From assembly GCA_051362555.1 (NCBI GenBank), contig CM120640.1, positions 68,736,788-68,800,787 of the forward strand: DNA of 64,000 nucleotides, read 5' to 3'. The stretch comes from Lingula anatina. Taxonomy: Eukaryota > Animalia > Brachiopoda. Shown here piece by piece: positions 26,836 through 38,119 of this stretch (its first letter is position 1; each line of letters opens with the position of its first letter). The position numbers and the translations under genes are program-made. Under the pieces are notes generated by a model, which was given only the letters and a program-made list of their open reading frames with translations, made no database searches and was not told the origin of the DNA.

Positions 26836-28364
26836 GCTGTTGGAACTGAAGTGAATTTCGCCTTGCCTTTCCTTTAAATCTGGCACGGCTTGAATCACAC
26901 GTTATGACACAAGCTTAATAGTTTTGTTTTCTCGTGCAGCTGATTGGCCAGCACACAGAGGCTCCGTGCAATTATGTTTCCCGCGATTTGAATAGTATTG
27001 CGGGTTTACAAATGTTCTACTGATGACACGGTTCAGTGAAAAGGAGAACAAATGTTCAAATGCGTGCAGTCATTTGATTGGCTGATTGTGCTGCATAGTT
27101 TTAAAGGAATGTGTCACTTTCTAGCTTGTGACCAAACTAAACTTTCAAACAATTTCACGTCAAAGTAGACAAAACTCAAAAAGCGTGGAACTTGACAATT
27201 TGAAAAGATGTACGTCCAACCCAGGACAGTTAATTAAAGATTTAACTGTCATCAGTCTGTAAATGTCATCATTGTAACATAAGAAAGGTGTGTATTTTGG
27301 ACACTGTCTACAATCCGCACACAAAAAACACTGCCCAAGGCACAGCCATATTGTCCGCACACAGACAGTGTCTGTCACGCATGCACAAGCCTCTCTATAG
27401 AGTTCAGCTGTATTTATTGCTTTAAGTACAACTTTCAGATACTGTGAGCATGTAAGCAGTGTTTACATCTTGTTTAACTGAGCCAACGCTGACAGCGAGG
27501 ATGACACTGACTGGACCCTTCGCCACAGGAGTTGTACTGTAAGGCAGGTTTTTTTTAATTACTTGTTTCCCAAACAATTTTTATTTTTGTCACAGGTCGG
27601 AGTGGGAAAAATATTTTTCAAAATGATGACTTTTTGGTCACTCATTTTCAAAACTACATTAGGCAATGGTAAATATTGGTTTTAACACAGTATAGCAATT
27701 TTCTAATAAAAACAGCAATTCCTTTTGAATGTTTTATTTGTCCAAATGAATGTCAATTCTACGAATCATTCTTGTAAATTAAAAATCAATAAAAACAGTT
27801 TGCCGTTCCATGCACAAAACAGTTTTTTGTCAATCTTGATGCACTATTATGTATGATTTAATGATTAAGTGGAAAATCATCACCAAAATTTAATTATCTA
27901 CTTCATGTAACATGGCAATCCAGAAACAATATGGCTTCATGCCCATGTGAGTTCCAAGTCCCACAAAGAAAACATCAATACATGTACAGCATGTGTATGT
28001 GAAAAATGAACATTTCGCAAAAACAGTATTACTTCCATAAAAAGAATCCAATCAGGCTATATTTCAGACCTTTGAATCTTTCAGTAAGTTAGAGAGTCGT
28101 CTTGTTACATGCCCTTCCTTAAATGGTCATTATGGCAGCTGCACCAAGCCAGCCAGTCTCTCTCTGCATATGGGCTTCTATACCATAGCTCCTCTGTCAG
28201 TGTTTCTGCTATACGTTTTCCAAGATTTTTGGCCTGTCCAGCACAAAAACCAACATTGAAGTCTTCTACTACTTTCGAGTTGGAATTATGCATTGTCTGC
28301 CTTGCATTAATTGGGGATTCACTAAATAAATTATTTCAGACAAGTTAAGATGTGTGCCTTCTGT

Positions 28365-28860
28365 TATACCCCCGTCACATTAGAGGCGGAATGGGCAAGA
28401 ATGCCGTCGGAAAGACAATTCTTTGTGCGTTCCTGGATATTCGAAGAGCATTCTAAAAATTCCGAGTGCATTCCAAATATTTTTACCCATTCTTGTTGCC
28501 GGACCGAATGTTGCCGGCCCCATGTTAAAAACTTTCGAAGTGCATTCCAAGTGGAAAATTATCGAATGGCATTTGAATAGTATTCTAACTGCACTATAAC
28601 TGCATTCTAAATATTCTCATGGCATCCCGACAGCATTCGAAACATTCTTATCACATTCGACCGAGAACCGAAATGGCTAGACACTTCAAATCCTGCTAGA
28701 ATGAGCCAGAATGCAACTCGAATGCATCTCGATCCTATTTCAACCAGCAATCGAACTACGCTCGTACGGCATTCGAAGTGTATTCTAAATATTCGGTGCG
28801 AAAATTGAGCGGAATGAAATTTGCGTGGTTTCCCGGCCCCATTCGAAAGAGCCAGCTCAT
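28365..28860. repeat. Probable non-autonomous DNA-transposon remnant with many CATTCGAA/CGAATG subrepeats
   Basis: Sharp compositional change at TACCCCCGTCACATTAG and recurrent (C)ATTC(G)/(C)GAATG motifs in both orientations. No matching second terminus seen. Confidence 0.5.
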
Positions 28861-30568
28861 TGCCCAAAGAATCCTAATATATAGCAAATTCGGTTTCACT
28901 TATTATTATTGTTCCTTAACCTTCAAAATCACTTATTTTATTGAAAGTAATATTGTTAGTTGATACATAGATTTTGGCGATTTGTGTCCTCTTTGTATTT
29001 AAGTAATTACAAATTGAAAATTGATAACATGGCTAAAGTGTCCATTTTGCGAATTTCAGCGACCGGCACATTGGTTTAATAATCAGTTATGCATTGGTTT
29101 TTCCTTACTAAGTGTAAACTGAATATAGATTGCCGAGGATATAAAAGTTATGTTATTGACCGTCCAATTTTCAGGAACAGCCCTTGTCTAATGTATATGT
29201 TGTCTATCAAGTACTAGAATCTCTGATGCGATTTGTGGAGTTTGGTTTCGTGCTGTTATACTTCTACTTCTTTAATGAAATTCTTAATTATAAGTATTGT
29301 TTGTCATGTGGCACAATTAATAAAGAATTTCTCTCTTTTGATTTTGTAAATTGCAGATCAGAATATTTTCTCTTTAGTCATTTACCAGTGAATAGACTAT
29401 TTAACCTAGGTTTTACTTGCATGTAAAATACTATCCCTGTATGCACAAAAGTTTGGTTCATTTTCCGATGTCACATTTTTTTTATTTATTTTTTTTTTTT
29501 TTTTGCGTGGCTACATACACTTAAGGCAATTTAGCCGAAATATGTCAATGTCACCCGATGGCTCACGCGGTACAGGTTTGGCATTTGGAATTACATTTTC
29601 CCGTGTGAAGCATAGGCTGTGGTAACAATTGTCAAATGAAACTAATCTGATCATTTTATTTAATCTCCTTTAATATTGAAAAAGCTGTTGTTACAGTCAA
29701 GAAATAAATGCACTGATCAAGTCACGAATAACTGATACAACAGAAGAGGTATAAATGTCATTTAGTCAATCTTGATGAGAATTCTAGTTTCTTCTTTTTA
29801 CTACATAAAAAACCATGCGGTTACAACATGTAAGGACACATAAAGATCACTTGTCATAAACCGTGCTTCACATCGCATCCCTTTTGATATATTGGAAACA
29901 CTTTGGACATCATGGTAACAAATATACAGATATTGGTGCAAAACAAAGCATTTGTATTTGTGTCCCACTTTCTTGTTGTTGTGTAACCCTTCTCCTATTT
30001 GTAGGCCTATGTGACGTACACGTCCTCTTCCCTCCTACATTTGAAACAATCAAGCAGGTCATTTTGCAGTCTACTTTTTCTATCTTATAAGTTGAAAACA
30101 GTTCAGTTGGGTCCAAGATACATGTATATATATATCACTGAAGATATTAGCGCGTCATTTCTTTGTTCCCTGTAGTGTCGATGCAGAGTCAGAGGCTGGT
30201 GTAGAAAAACCGTTACATCTAAAATAGACAAGGACACAAAATAAACATAAATACACAGTATATAATGTGCTTTTTACTATTTCAACGATGATATATACTT
30301 AATATTTCTTCTATAATTTTGAAATTTCAATAAAACCTAGCCAGATTTTAATTTTGCCTAGTCAGAATCTAAATAAGCCTTGGCAGAATTGAAATTTTAA
30401 TTTGGCCTAGACCGATTTCAAATCTGTTAAAGCCAAATTGAAATTTAAATCCTGCCTAGGGCAAATCTGAATGGATTTCATTATCTAGCCTGCGACATAT
30501 AATTTACACAACCTTTATTTAGATAATACTGTACATACAAAATTGAACCATACCTAATCTATCTTCAC

Positions 30569-33388
30569 TTAGCAAAGTAGCATTGTACTGCATAATACCC
30601 CTGGTTCCCCTTGATTCAGAAGAAAGTCGACAAGGTCTCCACCATACATGCCCAGAAATATTTCACACTCCACGTTATAATTGCTTGGCAGCTCAGAACA
30701 GACTGTGTCCACAGCATCGACAACCCCTTGCTGTATGAAAATAATTGAAAGAAATAATTAAAATGAAATTAAAGTGGACAAAAAGAAAGGAAATAAAATA
30801 ACAACATATGAAAAACGTAAATGTCACTAAATTTTCTGATGAAAGAGCGTTCCATATCCAAAGACGCAGAAAAATAAATGAATAAATTTAAGAAAATGAA
30901 TAAAGAAAACTTACCTCAGTAGGATTATCCTCAAGCATTTGATTCACTTGGTTTGTAACTATTCTACACGTTGCACATGGAATTGGAGTACGCAGTTTTG
31001 GGGGTTCCATATCACCACTGCCCTCTCTAGGACTTCTGTGACTGGGTCTTCTCCGCCTGGGAGGACGCATTTCACTGGGCCTTCTGCCTCCTGCAAATGT
31101 TAACAAATTTTACAACTGTGTCCCCAATGAATTCCATGTTCAGCTTGAAAAAACTCACTTTAAACAATAGGCTATATAAACAAGTTTAATACAATTCTGA
31201 ATTAAAAAGAACCTTTGTTTCTACAGATTTTATCAATAACTCACTGTGACTGGGTCTAGTCGGTCTAGGTCTTTCTGTATCATCACCACTTCCCTCTTCA
31301 TGACTCCTATGACTAGGATTTCTCCGCCTTGAGGGACGTCTTCTGCCCCCTGGAAATGTTAGAAATGTTTACAAGATTAGTCGTTATGTCCTGTGCCAAG
31401 GTGAATTTTAATTAAAATTAATGTTGAAAAATTGAGTGGTCGTATTTAAAAACCATTCAAAACTGTACGAAATTGATCTAAATATTACTTCCAATTATGA
31501 GAGCCTTTCCTTCAACAGAATTTATCAATAACTTACCGCGACTGGGTCTAGTTGGTCTAGGTCTTTCCATGTCATCACCACTACCCTCTTGAAGACTCTT
31601 ACGACCGGGAGGACGCAATGCACTGGGTCTTCTACCCCCTAGAGATGTTAAAAAATTTTAATCCATAAGACCTAAACCTAAGTGAATTAACTTTTGTTAA
31701 AAATTTGACACTTCACTTTTCAAAAATACTACCACTACCAAGGCTAACTTTAAAGATTTTGGTGGAGATCGGGATCCTCATCTGCATCCATTAATTTTTT
31801 AAGGATTCTTCACTAAATTGAGAGAACAGGCCAATTTGGTCGTTTTTGCTTATAATTTCACAAATAATATTTAGTCTTTAAATTATGAGAATTTAGTAAA
31901 TCAAATGGCTGATAAATAAAGAGTTACAATAATTAGAAAATAGGTGCTTTGGCGGAAGCCAGTTTGCTTTTCCTGTATATGACTCTACGAAATAGGTTTA
32001 AACATAGCTTTGAATTAATGAGAGTCTTTGCTTCAACATGATTTATTTTAATAAATTAATTTATTTCATTAAAAGTTTATTTTTTTTAAATAAATTAATT
32101 TTTTATTAAATTTTCAATAGATTTATTATATCTTATTAAAATAACTTACTGTGACTATGTCTAGTCGGTCTAGGTGTTTCTATATCATCACCACTACCCT
32201 CCTCAGGACTCCTATGACTGGGATTTCTCCGCCTGGGAGATCGCTGTCCACTGCGTATTCTGCCGCCTGCTGGATACCATGAGAAACAAACAATATATTT
32301 GTAAAATAAATCCTGCGCTGTCTAAGAATAGAATGAGTAAATTGAATAGAAAAAAGTATTGTTTTTTAAATGGATTTCATACTATTCCCTTGCTTGTTTC
32401 GCATTTTTTATTCAAATTACTGTTAACCTGAATGTTAATTAAAAATGGGCGGTATGTTTTCTGCATTTTTCATATTTCACTTCATAGACAAAGTAAATGG
32501 GTTGCGAAATATGTATAAACACTAGCATAATATATCTAGGGGACTGACATTTTGTCTCCTTCACCTACAGAACAGTTAAAATAATATGTGAACCGAGTAA
32601 CTTCAGTTAGTAAGCTTAGCACCTGTTCTACGTGTATATTTCATGGTCTCATTTGTTACGAAGAAAGCCAAGGTACCCCTGTATGTATTTACTTGGTTCA
32701 CATATTATTTGAAGTGTACTCTGCATAAAAGAGACAAAATGTCAGGGTTATCAATGAACTCAACGTTCTTCCGTCTTGGAAGCTCAACCTCCTTGAATCT
32801 TGTCATTTTAAAAAGTTATCTGCGGAATGGTATGATACATGTACCTTTAGGACAGAGATGCCAGATTCATACTCAAATTCGAGAAAAAAAACTTACCCGG
32901 AGCGGGCGCAGGACTGGCGGGTGGTGATCTTCCTCGGGGACTCCTGGGTGGGTCATATTGGCGCAAATAAGCGATTGATACCAAATCTGTAAAACAAGTC
33001 AAATTTTAAGAAGATCGGAAATGCACCAGTGCCTTGGACTACCATTTCTTTTTCTTAGACGCATCAGTACGGCTCTGCATCAATTAGGTTTTCCCTATTA
33101 TCTTCGCATTCAAAGAAATTATTTAAAACCTAGATTTTTTCTTAGCGTTTTTAAGCAAAAATGGTCTGTTTCAGAAGAATCCGCATTTAACTTTAACCTT
33201 AGACTGTAAGTCTAGAAGTGCTGAATGCGTCCACAAAACAAGACAAGAACGATTAAATTATAACAACCAAAATGCCTACCTTTAGAAGGATCTTTGTTGC
33301 CGGTCTTGTCTTTGTCTTCGATGTACAAGGCAATCCCAACGCTTATAAGAGCGAGCGCAAGAGCGCAACGTAGACCTTCCCTTCCCAT
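30569..33388 (-). CDS. Secreted saposin-B protein with N-terminal Arg/Pro/Ser-rich, EGSGD-containing repeats (saposin gene 2); exons 33280-33388, 32897-32986, 32150-32269, 31537-31638, 31245-31349, 30915-31090, 30569-30730
   Basis: Signal MGREGLRCALALALISVGIA, then symmetric phase-1 exons of 90, 120, 102 and 105 nt, all open, then PCATCRIV...VDTVCSELPSNYNVECEIFLGMYGGDLVDFLL...PGVLCSTMLLC*. The intron within the saposin domain and the 3'UTR intron match gene 1. Confidence 0.85.
32544..32744. repeat. Degenerate foldback/MITE remnant in an intron of saposin gene 2
   Basis: CTGACATTTTGTCTC...AAATAATATGTGAACC (about 32544-32600) is inverted at about 32690-32744 (GGTTCACATATTATTT...GAGACAAAATGTCAG). 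Confidence 0.65.
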
Positions 33389-34008
33389 CCTCTTGTCGCT
33401 TTCGGAATGTGGACTAGGACATTTTCAGCGTATTTAATACCATCCCAGTCGTTAATTGGCTGTTTTAATTGTTTGTGGGGTTCTGGGCCGGTGGTTGATG
33501 AATGCGATTATTTTAGCAGTTTGTCAATAAGTTCTTCCACCATTTCAATACTCCTCTACCATATAATTATATTGGCAACAATTTCGCTGGTAGATGACAC
33601 CTATGAATTGGCAGCACGTGGTTTTAAAAACTTACCCACAGAACCTAATACATGTAATTAACCTCCGCATTTCCGACATCTAGAGCATCATTTCTGATAA
33701 CAATCGGGAAGTTGAGATGCCATCGCAAGTCGCAAGTTCCTTTCAAGTTTTACAAGTTTCCAGGTTTATTCATTTCTTAATTACTGTAATACAGTTTAAA
33801 GAACAAATAATTGCATGTACATACAAATGTTAACCTGAAGGCTTTGGGACCCTTATTTCGCGGTAGGTGCTTAGCATACATGATTTTGCGTCATAAGAGA
33901 GACAGCACATTTTTTTAAATTTACGAATAGAGAACACACGAACACACTACATACTGCACCAATATATAGCAAATAAATACATAAAATAAAATAAAATATA
34001 AAAATTAT

Positions 34009-34010
<2 letters not shown>

Positions 34011-34097
<87 letters not shown>

Positions 34098-34118
34098 AGA
34101 GAGAGAGAGAGAGAGAGA
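34011..34118. repeat. Compound (GT)n(GA)n microsatellite
   Basis: Directly visible. Confidence 0.98.
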
Positions 34119-36216
34119 CAGAGGGAGAGAAGTTGAAAATGCAGGCCTATATAAATGTGCAACCAAAGTAAACTTATGTCCGGTTGATTCTTGATGAATT
34201 TTCCCTTTAGGAAGCCTTTTAAGTTAGGACCAAGTTTCTACTTGAGTTCTTATGTGAAACCAGATTTTGACAGAACAAAGGATGCTTGCATCCTTATCAT
34301 GTACACTGAAAACTAGCCTCTTATATTTTAAATTTAAGTGTCAGCAATAATTCTGTAACAGACTACTAGCCGCCCTGTGGTCAGTAGACTAGTGCGTTAG
34401 TACCTGATTCTTGTGTATTGTGTGTGTATGTGTGTGTGTGGGGGAGGGGGGGGGAGGGGGGAGGGGTCAAGCCCCTTTCATCATATCATTATATCTAGCG
34501 TCCTAGATCATATCAAGCTGCCACATTTTAGACCCAAGGCAAGCTGGAGTGTTTTTGAGATTGGTGGCCTAGTTTAAAGACATGACGTAAATACAACAAG
34601 GGGTCAATTTTAACTTATTATGTTCATAGTTCATAGTTTATTTCACTGTAACATATGCATCCACTTGTGTGGATGAAAATGACAATATGAATACAATTTT
34701 TGTGAATATGCTATTAAACAATCACAATGATTAGGACTATTTACTTATTTACTAAAAAAAAAAAAAAAAACGAGTTTCTCTCTATTACTACTATTACTCG
34801 ATGAGTGCAGCACTGTCTTCTAGATCCCTCAAACGTTTTGAAAAAAAAAAAAAAAGATTCTCGGTTTAAAAATACTCCCCGATGTATAACAAATGTAACA
34901 AATTAACCAGATCATAGATTGCATTATCTTTTACAACCAAAACAAAATGTCAAATATTCATTAAGGGAGACATTCAAAAAGTCTAAAATTAAAACCAAAC
35001 GATCATTGAGTTATGCGATATACAAGTTCCAAAATGGATCGATAGACTTTTATTTCATCTTTGACCTTGCATTTTAGTTATTTTACTTTAAGTTTGTTCA
35101 CATATACAGACCGTAGGCCTATTTTTGTTTTACTTGAAATTTACTGTGTTGTTTTGTTTGGTAAAGAGTCAGGTTGCTTTCGAAAATCCGCATGATCTTT
35201 TATTAGTGAATTTTTTTTTCACACATTAGCATATTTTCAGTTGCTTTTATATCCCATGGAACTAATTTACTTGTGTTTTTCAATGTCCATGTTACTTGTG
35301 GTGCTTGATATAAGAAGGTAAAATTGATTATGCTGTTTTAAAGCATTATGTAACAGTGCATCAAAATTGGCCAAAACATTTTTGTAAACTTTTAATTTTT
35401 TCTGCGTAATGTCTCAACATCTGACAGCTTTCTTGCCTTGTTTCCTGTGTATATTTCCCAGCTGTCTAGTTTAACTCTTCTGCGCCAGGAGTACAGAAGC
35501 TACAATGGTAGACCGCTGTAAACAAAACCAGGCAGCAGGCAGTATGTAACACAGGCAGTACAACACAGGTAAGACGGGGGATTAAAGTATTTTAATGTTT
35601 GGTATGCCCAGTGGGTGTGATAAAGAGTATGTGTACACCAGTATGTTGTTAATTTTATTTATTTAATGCCCATGGAAAAACAAAAAATAAGGTAGACTAA
35701 TTTGCTAATCCAAATTCATTCATTAACACATTCATTAATTTTCGATATGTTCTGTTTGAGCTAAAATAGTACAATTCAGAAATAGTACTTATCAGAGACA
35801 GTGAGTTAGTAGGATTGCTATGGCCTGAATGTTCGTGCTACCAATTTCCATGAATTGAAGTCTTTAAGTTAACTTGTCTTCACTTTCACTTTTTTTCAGA
35901 ATCAAGTTGTATGTAAATAATAAGTACACTGTACTATTTGTCGTTAAGCATGTACAAGTCCAAATAATCAGCCTCGAGCACACGTTTGAATTCCTTTTCT
36001 CATTTCATGTAATTACCTTTCCTCTTTATTACAAGGCTGCTAAGTGTATTGGTGCATGTATCATTTCCACAACTTCTACTGGGTAAATTTATGTCCAGGA
36101 AAATTTCAAAAGCGAAATTGTGGCTTTACGTATTTTAACATTTAATTTTATTCTTTTGCTTTAGGTGCCACCTAAACATTATGTAATTACTGAAGTAACC
36201 AAGCTATGAAATAGAA

Positions 36217-37131
36217 ATGAATGGATATGCCGAAGACGGGGACTACATTGTAGATACTTGGTTATTGGACACAGATTTCAGTTTTGAATTTGGAGAGCAC
36301 CAGGATTTGCCAAAATTAAACAAGGAACAACTTAGATTTATTCTTGCAGTTAAAGCAGGAAAAATAAAATATGTAGCTGCCAAGATAGCAGAGGGGTTTG
36401 ACGTAAATTTTTGTACAGCCTGGAGGGGAAACCCCCTGTGCACTGCAATAGAAAACAGTAGGCTGGATATTGCCAAGTTGTTACTAGACAGTGGAGCACA
36501 TACAGAGAATGCCCTGCATTTAGCATGCTTGAGGAGTAACATTGATTTGGTGTCAATGCTGCTGTCATATGGAGCTGATCCCAATGCTGTTGGACACGGA
36601 GTGGGAGAGGACATTCCAACCTGTTTTATATTTGCACTACACGTGGCTCAGCCCTTGACAATAGTGTTGAAATTGATAGAAGCTGGTGCTGATGTAAATG
36701 CGATGTGTTGTCAAACGCTGTGGACACCACTGCATCTGGTGTGTAACAGTCCTGCTCACAGTGCTGACATAGTCCAGGCCATTCTCAGAGCTGGAGGTAT
36801 GGCACATCACAGAGACAAACACACGGGATGGACTCCTCTACAACACGCAGCAATGCGGTCTGACAGAAAAATAATTCAACTTCTCATCGCAGCTGGTTAC
36901 CCTATACACAGGGAAGTGATGCCTTTAAAAGACCTGCACCCCAGTTTGCTGTGTGATCTTGAGTTGATGAATTTTTTGAAACAGGCTTGGAGCAATCCAT
37001 ACTCATTGAAGAAGCTCTGTGCAGCATTGATAAGAAAATGTCTTGGGGGCTGTAAAATGCAAGATAAGGTCCTTCAGTTACCTCTCCCAAAATACTTGAT
37101 GAAATATGTAGCTCTTGAAGTCTTACTTTGA
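36217..37131 (+). CDS. Ankyrin repeat and SOCS box-containing (ASB-type) protein, single coding exon
   Basis: Ankyrin motifs (GNPLCTA, ALHLAC, GADPN, GADVN, WTPLHLVC, GWTPLQHAA) and a C-terminal SOCS box PYSLKKLCAALIRKCL...LPLPKYLMKYV. Confidence 0.92.
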   Translation: MNGYAEDGDYIVDTWLLDTDFSFEFGEHQDLPKLNKEQLRFILAVKAGKIKYVAAKIAEGFDVNFCTAWRGNPLCTAIENSRLDIAKLLLDSGAHTENALHLACLRSNIDLVSMLLSYGADPNAVGHGVGEDIPTCFIFALHVAQPLTIVLKLIEAGADVNAMCCQTLWTPLHLVCNSPAHSADIVQAILRAGGMAHHRDKHTGWTPLQHAAMRSDRKIIQLLIAAGYPIHREVMPLKDLHPSLLCDLELMNFLKQAWSNPYSLKKLCAALIRKCLGGCKMQDKVLQLPLPKYLMKYVALEVLL

Positions 37132-38119
37132 GTTTTGATGCCAAGTATAATTTTGTGCAATAATTCCTATAATTTACAATCTTTTAGAACACACAAGTGC
37201 AATTATTGGTACTATTTAGTGTGGTTGTAATGTTGGTGTCATGTATTTTGTAACTTGAAGTTGTTATTTTGTTGAATTGTAGAATCAAGCCTTTTGTAAA
37301 AAAGATTCAGGTCCAATCTCTGTTTTTTACATTTTAAATGGTTTTTATACTATCTGCCAAGCTGTTGTATTTCCTGTATACTGCTTAATTTTATTGGCAT
37401 TTTTAAATAACATTTGAATCTCTCTTCTTTATAAATATTTACAACATTACCTCTCTCCATCGTGCAGCAGTGTGTAGTTGAATTTGGCGTGCAATATTTT
37501 TGCCAATATGTAAAATCGTTCTTAAATACATGTACGTGTAGAAACGATTTATATTGACCGTTGAAACTCTGGTGGTAAGCCACCGTAAAAACTGAAAATT
37601 TTGGAGTTGATACAGACCAATAAAGCAGCAAACCGTCATTTCTTTTAAATTTATTAAAAAGTTCATTTTAAGGTGTTACAAGAAGATGAATGAACCAGTG
37701 ACGCGAAAAAAGCAACTGAAGCAAAATACATTCAAAACTTACGACTCGCAAATTACCTTCAGCCGTACGAAAGTAATATTTTAAGATGCTAGATTAGAAA
37801 ATAAAAGATCGACAAGAATCAGTTTTAATTTTTAGTGTTCGTGTATTTAAATCCTAAAAAGTCGCACTCAATGCATCACATGATACCGTATTTAAGCTAT
37901 GAAATACTTATAATAAAAAACTGTAAATGAATTGAGAGCATGAACACAAACGGTGAATCGTGCACACTTTATGTGCATGGACAAGCAGTAGGCTCTTAAG
38001 CATTACTTGAACAAAAGCGTCCCACGTGACTTAAACAGGTAAGTACCCCTGTATAAACCTTTCCGTTGACCTCTTTACACGAAGCTTTGGCAGGTGACAG
38101 CGAAGGAAAGATTTAAGAA

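Noticed and set aside
28105-28330. Short protein-like ORF, possibly a transposase remnant
   Set aside because: No diagnostic motif or splice context that I can support.
30330-30490. Degenerate CCTAG/AAAT(C/T)T repeats in the 3'UTR intron of saposin gene 2
   Set aside because: Probably a decayed repeat fragment; no termini or unit could be defined.
32690-32822. Possible extra exons of saposin gene 2
   Set aside because: Candidate acceptors lead to in-frame stops, and part of the region is a foldback repeat arm.
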